Assembly: GCA_026195275.1 (NCBI GenBank)
Contig: JAPHQU010000002.1
Span: 69,964-133,963, forward strand
Reading direction: 5' to 3'
Length of the DNA stretch: 64,000 nt
From: Minisyncoccota bacterium
Lineage (GTDB): Bacteria; Patescibacteriota; Minisyncoccia; Phycocordibacterales; JABMNX01
Shown piece by piece: positions 56,620-64,000 of this stretch. The notes under the pieces were generated by a model. That model ran no database searches, was not told the DNA's origin, and saw only the letters and a list, made by a program, of their open reading frames with translations. Positions within the stretch are counted from its first letter, which is position 1. Every line of letters starts with the position of its first letter. Position numbers and translations under genes: made by a program.

Positions 56620-57366
56620 ATGAAAAAGAGAGAAAACAAAAAGGCGCTTCTACAAGCGCAGGAGAAAATGTATTTGTATCTGACTTCTCTTGCGTCAGAT
56701 CAGTCATTTCTCGCACGAGTAACAGAAATACGGGAAAGGTATGGAATACCCGAAGGTGGTTTTGAAAGTGATTTGAAGGACGAGTTTGAGTTTATAAACT
56801 CACTCCCCAAGGGAAACGAAGCGGATTTCCAAAAAGAAATATACGACCTTGCAGAGAGTTTCAATGCCTCTCTTGCGTGGCTCACGAATATTCGCGATTA
56901 CGTACTTTACAATGACTTCTTTTTTACGAAAGTTTCCCCTTTGGTTGAAATGGTTGATGTGCTCGGTCTTACAGACGAGATAGTAGAAATGGACGTAGAT
57001 TTGTATGAGGAATACGAAGTGGACGAAAACGCAGTCGTGCGGCGGGTACTCAACAATCTGACTAACAGTTATCCGCTTGCAATTTTTGTTTCGCCTTATG
57101 CAACAGGTCGCGACATAATAGATTTTATAAAAAAGAACAAAACTAGCATTGAAACTCTCCAGAACAAACACTGTGATAGTGATGTGCGGATTGGCAAGGT
57201 GAGAAAAAGAAAAGCGAACGTACAGGAGAGGGATTTGTTCATTTGTAACAACAAACACCTTTCTGCCAAGGTGCTAATGAGTAAAGTGAACGAGAAGTTT
57301 GGTACACAACTGGACTACGATTACATAAACAAAATCATTGCCAAAAAGTGCCCGCGAGGAAAATAA
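56620..57366 (+). CDS. Embedded/trailing gene X4: hypothetical acidic protein, function unknown
   Basis: 248-aa ORF starting 7 bp after the hsdR stop. No motif recognised. Confidence 0.5.
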   Translation: MKKRENKKALLQAQEKMYLYLTSLASDQSFLARVTEIRERYGIPEGGFESDLKDEFEFINSLPKGNEADFQKEIYDLAESFNASLAWLTNIRDYVLYNDFFFTKVSPLVEMVDVLGLTDEIVEMDVDLYEEYEVDENAVVRRVLNNLTNSYPLAIFVSPYATGRDIIDFIKKNKTSIETLQNKHCDSDVRIGKVRKRKANVQERDLFICNNKHLSAKVLMSKVNEKFGTQLDYDYINKIIAKKCPRGK

Positions 57367-57919
57367 GTGGGCTCACTTGTAGTCCTATATCACAAATACA
57401 TTTCCTCCTACTCTGGCTTCTAGGTCAGAGTTTTTCTTTGACCTGAACAATCAGCTCAGACGAGGACAGAACCTTCCCTCTGCCTCGGAAAAAACAATCA
57501 AACGGGAATAGTGAGAGGTTTTCAGATCACGCGGGCGGGAGAACCGCCCCCCTAATCTGAAAATCTCCTAGGAAGGTGTTGGAGGAAAGTTGGGACATTG
57601 GAAAAGAGAGGACGAACGGCGGGCTGACCTTTTGCCCAACACTGTCCATCTCTCTTTTGCTCCGATCCTTCTCTGAACTGTACATACCCACCTCTCCCTT
57701 TTGGGTAGGGTGCCCAACTCCCTAATGTCTTTAGGGAAAGCGGGAGATATGGAAAAGATTTTATGGATATACCAGACGAAAAAATCCAGAAACTCCGAGA
57801 GATATACCGTAAAGAATACGGGGTTGAAATCTCTGACGAGGAGGCAAAAGTACTCGGCGAATATCTCGTGAACCTTTTTCGTGCTGTATACAATGTTTGA
57901 AATCCTATAGAATAAACTT

Positions 57920-59662
57920 ATGCGTACACCACCGTCAGACCTCAAATATTTCCTCTATGCTCGCAAGTCCACGGAAAGCGAGGATAGACAGGCGGCTTCC
58001 ATTGAGGATCAGGTTTCCGAAATGAAGCGTTTGGCAGAGCGGTTGGGTATTCAGATTGCGGAAGTAATCACCGAAAGCCATTCAGCAAAGAAACCGAACA
58101 ATCGTCCCCAGTTTACAAAAATGATGGAGCGTATTCACGCAGGAGAAGCCAATGCAATCTTGTGTTGGAAACTCAACCGCCTTGCCCGCAATCCCATAGA
58201 CGGAGGTTTGGTGAGTTGGTCGCTTCAACAAGGAATAATCCAGCACATTCAGACCTTCGGCGGTGGTTTCAGTCCAGACGATAATGTGCTCCTTATGCAG
58301 GTTGAGTTTGGTATGGCAAACCAGTATGTGAAGGATTTGAGCGTGGACACTAAGCGAGGTATGCGTAAGAAGGCAGAGCGTGGCTGGTATCCTGCTGGCG
58401 TGCTTCCTGCGGGCTATGAGCACCGCCCAAGCGCAAGCAACACGGGTGAGGACGAGATTGTGCCGAATGATGATTTTTCACTGGTAAAGAACCTGTGGGG
58501 TAAGTTGCTCACGGGGCGCTATACGATAATGGACATAAAACGCGAGGGAGACAGAATAGGATTGCGTAATCGCAAGGGACAGAAATATTCAAAAAATAAC
58601 TATTATGCGATGTTTGCCAATGAGTTCTACGCTGGTTGGTTTTATTGGGTGGACGAAAATGGAGTACACCAGCGCGTCCACGGCAAACACAAGGCAATGA
58701 TTAGCGAGGAGGAGTTTAGGAAAGTGCGTATTTTCCTTGGCAACCAAGGCGGCAAGAATAGATTGGTACGGTACACGTTCCCATTCAGGGGGAAAATGGT
58801 GTGTGGCGAATGTGCACGAATGATTACCGCCGAGCAAAAGATACAGGCGCGGTGTACGAACTGTCGGCACAAGTTTTCAATCAAACACACGAACGTATGC
58901 CCGCAATGCGAGACGGTGCTACAAGATATGGATAGTCCGCACATTGTGGATCGTACCTATTACATCTGCGTTGGTGCTACCAAGAAAATTTGCTCACAGC
59001 GCGGTGCCGTAGAGCAGGGCGAACTTACGAAGCAAATAGACCAAATCCTTCAGAATGTCTCTATCCCCAAGAGTTTCCACGAGTGGGCTGTGGACGCAGT
59101 GAAGCACGTAACCGAAAAGGACGCGGTTGAGGATGGAGCGACGCTAAACGTAATGCGGAACCGTGAGAGCGACCTTGAACAGCAGTTGAACGAGGTAACA
59201 GTTATGCGTGCCCGTCAGGAGATAACCCCTGCACACTTCAGCAAGACAATGGCAAGGATTGAAAAAGACCTTACCGATATTCGCGGAGAGATTGGCAAAA
59301 TGCACAAAAGCAAGATTGACTGGGGGCACATAGCGAACCAGTACCTCACCTTTGCAGAGACAGCGCAGGAGCGCTTTGAGAATGGAGACACGGCGACCAG
59401 AAAACTGATACTGGAGTGTATTAGTCCGAACCTGCTTTTGAAGGACAAAAAACTAAGCGTTGTAATGCCAAAACCACTGTTGGGTGTACGCTCTGCCTTC
59501 AATGTGCTATCCACTGACGTGCTGGGGTTAGAACCAGAAAAAGCCCTTGCGGGGCAAGGACTTTTTCAACGTATTGAACCCTCAAATACAATCGGGCTCC
59601 GCCTAGTAGACGACGTTCGAACCTATTGCCTTAGTGTACAAGTTAATCTTTTTGGAATTTAA
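57920..59662 (+). CDS. Large serine recombinase (resolvase/integrase family)
   Basis: N-terminal catalytic domain YARKSTESEDRQ...NAILCWKLNRLARN. Then a recombinase domain and a zinc-ribbon (CGECARM...CTNCRH...CPQCE), with a coiled-coil C-terminus. Length 580 aa. Confidence 0.85.
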   Translation: MRTPPSDLKYFLYARKSTESEDRQAASIEDQVSEMKRLAERLGIQIAEVITESHSAKKPNNRPQFTKMMERIHAGEANAILCWKLNRLARNPIDGGLVSWSLQQGIIQHIQTFGGGFSPDDNVLLMQVEFGMANQYVKDLSVDTKRGMRKKAERGWYPAGVLPAGYEHRPSASNTGEDEIVPNDDFSLVKNLWGKLLTGRYTIMDIKREGDRIGLRNRKGQKYSKNNYYAMFANEFYAGWFYWVDENGVHQRVHGKHKAMISEEEFRKVRIFLGNQGGKNRLVRYTFPFRGKMVCGECARMITAEQKIQARCTNCRHKFSIKHTNVCPQCETVLQDMDSPHIVDRTYYICVGATKKICSQRGAVEQGELTKQIDQILQNVSIPKSFHEWAVDAVKHVTEKDAVEDGATLNVMRNRESDLEQQLNEVTVMRARQEITPAHFSKTMARIEKDLTDIRGEIGKMHKSKIDWGHIANQYLTFAETAQERFENGDTATRKLILECISPNLLLKDKKLSVVMPKPLLGVRSAFNVLSTDVLGLEPEKALAGQGLFQRIEPSNTIGLRLVDDVRTYCLSVQVNLFGI

Positions 59663-60191
59663 GCAAATCAGTTTTAGAAAACAATCTTCTGTCAGTTGAT
59701 TCTTTTATCATTCCAAATGATGGATTTTTACTGAAACCTATATACTCCACTTTCTTAGCTTTTGCTTTGATGACATATTTTATAGCAGGAATCAAATCTG
59801 TATCAGAACTAATTACTATCGCAGTGTCATACAAATTATCAACTGCACCTACAACTAAATCTACTGATAATTTAATATCAACACCTTTTTCTCTGATGCT
59901 GTTATTGTCGTACATTATTCGACCTCTTTTAATATCAAAATTTTCGGACTCCAGTCCTGCTAAGAATTTTTGTTGCCCTTTAACCATTTTCTCTCCTTTC
60001 TCTGTATTGTTAAAATTTTTAACTATGCCGATATAGTATCTTTTTGAAACAAGATTACGTTCACCAACAAGATGTTCGACAAAAGATGAGTAATCAAACT
60101 TCATTTCTCTTTCTGGCATCTCGGATTCCTTTAGTCTTTGGTAAGTATTTCCACCATCTATATAAATAGCAACTTTTTCTTTCTTAAACAT
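59643..60191 (-). CDS. NYN-domain (LabA-like) putative RNase
   Basis: KVAIYIDGGNTYQ N-terminal NYN motif and SSDTDLIPAI. It overlaps the recombinase 3' end by 20 bp in convergent orientation. Confidence 0.7.
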   Translation of the reverse strand: MFKKEKVAIYIDGGNTYQRLKESEMPEREMKFDYSSFVEHLVGERNLVSKRYYIGIVKNFNNTEKGEKMVKGQQKFLAGLESENFDIKRGRIMYDNNSIREKGVDIKLSVDLVVGAVDNLYDTAIVISSDTDLIPAIKYVIKAKAKKVEYIGFSKNPSFGMIKESTDRRLFSKTDLLKFQKD

Positions 60192-60215
60192 ATGTTTATT
60201 TTATCATAAACAAAA

Positions 60216-60239
60216 CCACTCCTGCCGAAGCAGGAGTGG
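60216..60239 (-). terminator. Rho-independent terminator downstream of tRNA-Asn
   Basis: ccactcctgc-cgaa-gcaggagtgg, then ttttgttt on the - strand. Confidence 0.65.
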
Positions 60240-60356
60240 TGCTGTTAGTACGTATATGATTACATAATTTATAAAATAAATCAAGAGGACTGTTGATATG
60301 TTTATTTGATAAATTAGTTGAGAATAGCTCTAAAAAATAAGGTTATTTTTACTCTG

Positions 60357-60429
60357 CTCCACGGACAGGGCTCGAACCTGTGACCCAGCGATTAACAGTC
60401 GCTTGCTCTACCAACTGAGCTACCGTGGA
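60357..60429 (-). tRNA. tRNA-Asn (anticodon GTT)
   Basis: Hand-folded cloverleaf: acceptor tccacgg/ccgtgga, D-arm gctc-agttggtag-agc, anticodon stem agcga/tcgct with loop ctGTTaa, and T-arm acagg-ttcgagc-cctgt. CCA is not encoded. Confidence 0.85.
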
Positions 60430-60439
60430 ATGTTTCAAC

Positions 60440-60468
60440 ATTTTACAAGAGAAGGAGAATATTGCAAT
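60440..60468 (-). promoter_or_regulatory. Putative promoter for tRNA-Asn (TTGCAA-17-TAAAAT)
   Basis: The - strand reads TTGCAAtattctccttctcttgTAAAATgttgaaacat followed by tRNA +1. Confidence 0.45.
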
Positions 60469-60558
60469 ACATAGGTTTTCACGATATGCTGTGTGTTCCG
60501 CGTGAAGCCAGACTTCGCGCGGATATTCATTTTAAAATCAATCAAAGACAATATTCAT

Positions 60559-61986
60559 ATGTCATTCATCAAGGAAGAGAAGACAAAAATCGTCGCAACA
60601 ATCGGTCCGGCAACTGAGAGCGAAGAGATGCTCACCAAACTCACGAAAGCAGGACTCGATGTGATGCGACTCAACTTCTCGCACGGTGACCACCAAGAGC
60701 ATCTTGGGCGTATTGTCGCGGCACGGAAGGTGTCAAAGAAGCTGGGGAAGACCGTGGCTATCCTGCAGGACCTTGCAGGACCCAAGATCCGTATCGGCGA
60801 GTTCTACCAAGAGCGCGTTATGCTTAAGAAAGGCAGTGTCTTTACACTCACAACGAAGAATGTTGTTGGCGACGAGACAAAAGTGTTTGTGAACTACAGA
60901 ACGCTTCCGAAGGAAGTGAAGAAGGGTGGCACCATTTTACTTGATGATGGAAAGAAGAAGCTCGAAGTTGTCGGCACAACAGCCGACTCTATCAAATGTA
61001 AGGTGATTGTTGGTGGAGAGACCAAGGGGCGACGTGGAGTGAACGTGCCCGGGGCGTATCTCAAGATCAGCTCACTTACCGCAAAAGATAAGAAGGACCT
61101 CGCATTTGGTATTAAACAAGGGGTCGACTTTGTCGCGCTTTCATTTGTGCGTCAACCGAAGGATGTTCTCGATCTTCGCAAGATCCTTGATAAGGAGAAA
61201 TCAGACGCGGCGATCATCGCAAAGATCGAGACTCAAGAGGCGGTAGATAATATTGATGAGATTATTGCACTTGCGGACGGGATTATGGTTGCGCGTGGTG
61301 ATCTTGCAATCGAGGTGCCGGCAGAAGATGTGCCGGTCATTCAGAAGATGATCGTGAAGAAATGCAACGAGCTCGGCAAGCCGGTTATTGTGGCAACACA
61401 GATGCTTGAGTCGATGATCCACTCACCGGTACCGACTCGCGCCGAGGTATCAGACGTCGCAAACTCGATCTTCGACGGGACGGACGCGATCATGCTCTCA
61501 GAAGAGACCACGCTCGGCGAGTACCCGCTTGAGGCAGTCTTGGTCATGAGCAGGATCGCACGGCGAGTTGAAGCACTCGCTAAGTGGCACCGCGAGATCA
61601 TGGTTCGCGAAGATGGTACCCAGAGTACGGTGGACACGATCTCAAGCTCAGCGGTTGATGTAGCTGACCGTGTGAAGGCGAAAGCCATCGTGGCGCTCAC
61701 CGAATCAGGCTCGACCGCGCGTATGGTCTCGCGTTTCAAACCAACTCAGCCGATTATTGTCATGAGTCCGAACGAGCGCGCGCGTACGAAGCTCTCACTC
61801 TCGTATGGGTGTTACCACGCACCGATTAAAGGTTTTACGTCGATCCGCGAGGTGACTAAGACAGTGAGCGTTTGGATGGCGAATAACAAACTTGCTAAAA
61901 AAGACGATAAGATCGTCATTGTTGCCGGTATTCCGTTTGGCAAGACAGGCGGTACGAACATGGTCTTTGTGCACAAGCTCTCGTAA
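60559..61986 (+). CDS. pyk: Pyruvate kinase
   Basis: KTKIVATIGPA...MRLNFSHG N-terminus and MVARGDLAIE. Start is at MSFIKEEK; the ORF opens at 60493. Confidence 0.9.
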   Translation: MSFIKEEKTKIVATIGPATESEEMLTKLTKAGLDVMRLNFSHGDHQEHLGRIVAARKVSKKLGKTVAILQDLAGPKIRIGEFYQERVMLKKGSVFTLTTKNVVGDETKVFVNYRTLPKEVKKGGTILLDDGKKKLEVVGTTADSIKCKVIVGGETKGRRGVNVPGAYLKISSLTAKDKKDLAFGIKQGVDFVALSFVRQPKDVLDLRKILDKEKSDAAIIAKIETQEAVDNIDEIIALADGIMVARGDLAIEVPAEDVPVIQKMIVKKCNELGKPVIVATQMLESMIHSPVPTRAEVSDVANSIFDGTDAIMLSEETTLGEYPLEAVLVMSRIARRVEALAKWHREIMVREDGTQSTVDTISSSAVDVADRVKAKAIVALTESGSTARMVSRFKPTQPIIVMSPNERARTKLSLSYGCYHAPIKGFTSIREVTKTVSVWMANNKLAKKDDKIVIVAGIPFGKTGGTNMVFVHKLS

Positions 61987-62128
61987 AGAGATGTTCAAGG
62001 ACCCCAGAGGAGGTCGCATCCTCGGAAAAACGGAGCTCATGGGTCGTTACTCACGAGAGTAGAAAATTAAAAAACGGTGCGGTATAGTTAGTAGGCATTT
62101 TTAATCTTATAACTCGTAACGAATTTCT

Positions 62129-62383
62129 ATGTTGACACTCTACGTACTTACCGGCTGCCCATACTGCGAAAAGGTTCTCGAGAAAGTTGAGGCACTTGGT
62201 GTTGAGGTTGAGAAAAAAGATATTGTAAACAACGACTTTGCGAAAGAGCTTGAAGCGCGTGCTGGGCGCCGTCAGGTGCCGTATCTTGTTGACTCAGAGC
62301 GAGGTGAGGAGATGCTCGAGTCTGATGTTATTAACAAATACCTTGAGGAGCACTACGGCCCTGAGGTAGAAAGCAACGAATAG
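62129..62383 (+). CDS. Glutaredoxin
   Basis: CPYC active site in an 84-aa thioredoxin fold (LTGCPYCEKV). Confidence 0.8.
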   Translation: MLTLYVLTGCPYCEKVLEKVEALGVEVEKKDIVNNDFAKELEARAGRRQVPYLVDSERGEEMLESDVINKYLEEHYGPEVESNE

Positions 62384-62385
62384 CG

Positions 62386-62604
62386 ATGTACGTCCGAGTA
62401 CGAGCGCATCCCGATGCTAAGAAGGAGTTGATCCTCAAAGAGTCGGACTCCGAATACACAATCTCGGTCAAAGAAAAGGCAGAGCGGAATCAAGCAAATA
62501 AGCGCATTATTGAGATTATTGCCGAGGAATTTAACATTCCGACAAATCGGGTTAAAATGATTACAGGGCATCGCTCACCGCGGAAGATTATCAGTATAGA
62601 GTAA
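62386..62604 (+). CDS. DUF167/YggU-family small protein
   Basis: VRVRAHPDAKKE...ISVKEKAERNQANKRIIEIIAEEFNIP pattern. Confidence 0.6.
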   Translation: MYVRVRAHPDAKKELILKESDSEYTISVKEKAERNQANKRIIEIIAEEFNIPTNRVKMITGHRSPRKIISIE

Positions 62605-62610
62605 ATTTTT

Positions 62611-62979
62611 ATGCAAAGCACTATCAAAACAACTAATTATGAGATGACTCCTGATGTGTCTGCGTACATTGACGAGAAATTCGTCACGTTTGAGAAATAT
62701 ATCAGCAAGGACGACGAGAGTGTAAAGTGTGACATTGAAGTTGGGCGCACCACCAACCACCACCAGACAGGTGATATCTATCGTGTGGAAGTGAACCTCT
62801 CGATTGGCAAGACTATGTTTCGCGCTGAATCAACAAGCAAGTCACTCCATGGCGCAGTCGATGAGGTGAAGGACGAGATCAACAAACAGCTCAGGCGAAG
62901 CAAGAAAAAACGAACCGATCTTTTCCGAAAGGGGGGTGACCAGATCAAGAAAATGCTCCGTTTCGGAAGAGGAGAGTAG
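62611..62979 (+). CDS. hpf: Ribosome hibernation promoting factor (HPF/RaiA family)
   Basis: MQSTIKTTNYEMTPDVSAYIDEKF...DIYRVEVNLSI...LHGAVDEV pattern. Confidence 0.85.
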   Translation: MQSTIKTTNYEMTPDVSAYIDEKFVTFEKYISKDDESVKCDIEVGRTTNHHQTGDIYRVEVNLSIGKTMFRAESTSKSLHGAVDEVKDEINKQLRRSKKKRTDLFRKGGDQIKKMLRFGRGE

Positions 62980-62988
62980 CATGAGCAG

Positions 62989-63405
62989 ATGATGCAAACC
63001 TTCTACATTGCAGCGCGGGCTCGTCATCGCGCTGAGGAAGTCTCGAGACTCCAAGACCTCTTAAGAGAGAAAGGTCTTGAAAGCGCACTCGACTGGGTTG
63101 CGCTTGGGGCAAACGGAGAAGTCAAGAAACCGTACAAAGAGAATCCTAAGAACTCGGGGATGTTAGGTGACCTCATGCTTGAGGCGGCACAAAAAGCCGA
63201 TTTATTCATACTTCTTCACGATCAAGATCTTGAGGGAGCGCTTATGGAGTACGGAGTGGCGCGATATGCGGCTATACGTGACTCAGAGAAGCGAGTGCTC
63301 GTTGTTGACCTTGGTGGTCGCGACTCAATCTTCTTACATCGAACGAATGTGACCAATGTTGACTCTATCGAGTCCCTCAAAGTGTGGATCGAAGAAAATT
63401 TGTAA
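62989..63405 (+). CDS. Hypothetical protein, possibly nucleoside 2-deoxyribosyltransferase-like Rossmann fold
   Basis: FYIAARARHRAEEV...(Glu in MEYGVA) gives a weak resemblance only. Confidence 0.4.
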   Translation: MMQTFYIAARARHRAEEVSRLQDLLREKGLESALDWVALGANGEVKKPYKENPKNSGMLGDLMLEAAQKADLFILLHDQDLEGALMEYGVARYAAIRDSEKRVLVVDLGGRDSIFLHRTNVTNVDSIESLKVWIEENL

Positions 63406-63407
63406 TA

Positions 63408-63440
63408 AAAATAAATACCCACTTAAGTGGGTATTTATTT
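63408..63440. terminator. Bidirectional terminator hairpin aaataaatacccac-ttaa-gtgggtatttattt
   Basis: Perfect 14-bp stem between convergent genes. It overlaps the fmt stop. Confidence 0.65.
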
Positions 63441-64000
63441 TAGGTCGCTATAATCCATCTCTTTTTTCCCTTCGGGGATGACGCGTTTGATAGTAAATGT
63501 GTCGCCCTCGAGCGATGCGTCAGTGACCTTTACACGCTTGTCATCTTTGAAGAAAAAGACGCCCGGCCACTCTTTGTACGCGCGATACTTATTCCAATTC
63601 TCTTGTGCTGGTGCATTGAGCGATATCTCACCCTCTTCTTTTTTAATCTTCGGGGCGTAGGTTGCCGCAGAATCATCTTGTGGGGTGGGAGTAGTGTTTC
63701 CTGCTTCAAAGTAGGGGAGTGTGTCGATGAGGAGCTTTGCGCCAAGATCAATGAGTCGCGCACGGAGCTCGATGGTTGTCTCTTGTGGCTTGATATCTGT
63801 TTCTTCCACAGCGATGATATCGCCCGCATCAAGCTCTTTCACCACCTCTTGAATAGTGACACCGGTTTTCTCATCGCCGTTAAGGAGTGCTGCTTCAACA
63901 GGGGATGCCCCGCGGTATCTCGGCAGGAGTGAGTAGTGGACATTGATAATTCCTTTCGGGAAGCTTTTAATAAGGTCCTCGGGGAGGATCTTGCCGTAGG
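63435..64000 (-). CDS. fmt: Methionyl-tRNA formyltransferase (3' part in window; 5' end beyond window edge)
   Basis: The reading frame continues to the window edge: ...HYSLLPRYRGASPVEAALLNGDEKTGVTIQEVVKELDAGDIIAVEE..., followed by the C-terminal domain. Confidence 0.85.
   Translation of the reverse strand, partial: YGKILPEDLIKSFPKGIINVHYSLLPRYRGASPVEAALLNGDEKTGVTIQEVVKELDAGDIIAVEETDIKPQETTIELRARLIDLGAKLLIDTLPYFEAGNTTPTPQDDSAATYAPKIKKEEGEISLNAPAQENWNKYRAYKEWPGVFFFKDDKRVKVTDASLEGDTFTIKRVIPEGKKEMDYSDLK

Larger units (their letters stand above)
46020..60356. mobile_element. Putative integrated genomic island (~14 kb) adjacent to tRNA-Asn: SEC-C/nuclease-like gene, terminase-small-like HTH, 7-gene type I R-M operon, large serine recombinase, NYN gene
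   Basis: Defence and mobility genes are inserted between conserved housekeeping genes (the DEAD helicase and tRNA-Asn/pyk). The recombinase sits next to the tRNA end. No flanking direct repeat was found by eye, so the boundaries are approximate. Confidence 0.45.

Noticed and set aside
57749-57874. Alternative 41-aa ORF (MEKILWIYQTKKSRNSERY...) overlapping the 45-aa candidate RDF ORF in another frame
   Set aside because: It has a Lys/Ser/Thr/Arg-rich non-globular composition and an SD too close to the ATG. The in-frame helical 45-aa ORF at 57763..57900 is the more plausible one, and even that has low confidence.

Overview
Predominantly + strand-encoded housekeeping region of a small, streamlined bacterial genome (GC near 50%). 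Gene content and architecture suggest a Patescibacteria/CPR-like organism, but that is inference only. Three kinds of evidence point that way: Lys/Ala-rich extensions on GyrB, RpoD, S16 and L32; many genes without obvious Shine-Dalgarno sequences; and rimM absent from the rpsP-KH-trmD cluster.

Core genes recognised by motif, in order along the window: pheT (3' part), gyrB, thrS, dnaE, rnhB, rpmF, a nusB-Nudix fusion, rnc, a short hingeless smc, rnr, rpsP, a KH-domain protein, trmD, rpoB, rpoC, dnaG, rpoD, a UvrD-helicase/Cas4-like nuclease fusion, dsbA-like, uppP, hisS, a SET-domain protein, cspA, an LpxC-family deacetylase, apbE, a DEAD-box helicase, then (after the island) pyk, grx, hpf and fmt (partial).

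Two accessory regions stand out.
(1) A cell-surface cluster at 3.6-8.6 kb. It holds a sortase flanked by three secreted or membrane-anchored proteins. One of them is a large Gly-rich protein with tandem Ig-like repeats and an IPYTG motif just before a TM helix.
(2) An integrated island of about 14 kb at roughly 46.0-60.35 kb, lying between the DEAD-box helicase gene and tRNA-Asn(GTT). It carries a SEC-C/putative nuclease gene, a terminase-small-like HTH gene, a translationally coupled seven-gene type I R-M operon, a large serine recombinase and a NYN-domain gene. In the operon, hsdM, hsdS and hsdR are interleaved with four non-canonical genes. Two of these encode 2-TM membrane proteins of unknown function. 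These embedded genes are the best candidate for an undescribed defence module.

Smaller signals: a family of terminator hairpins with a conserved AAACGCCA...TGGCGTTT stem at four loci, a shared ATCATGTATAAT promoter 12-mer in front of rpmF and an unannotated 37-aa basic ORF, and inverted GGTTTTAG repeat arrays around the KH-gene terminator.
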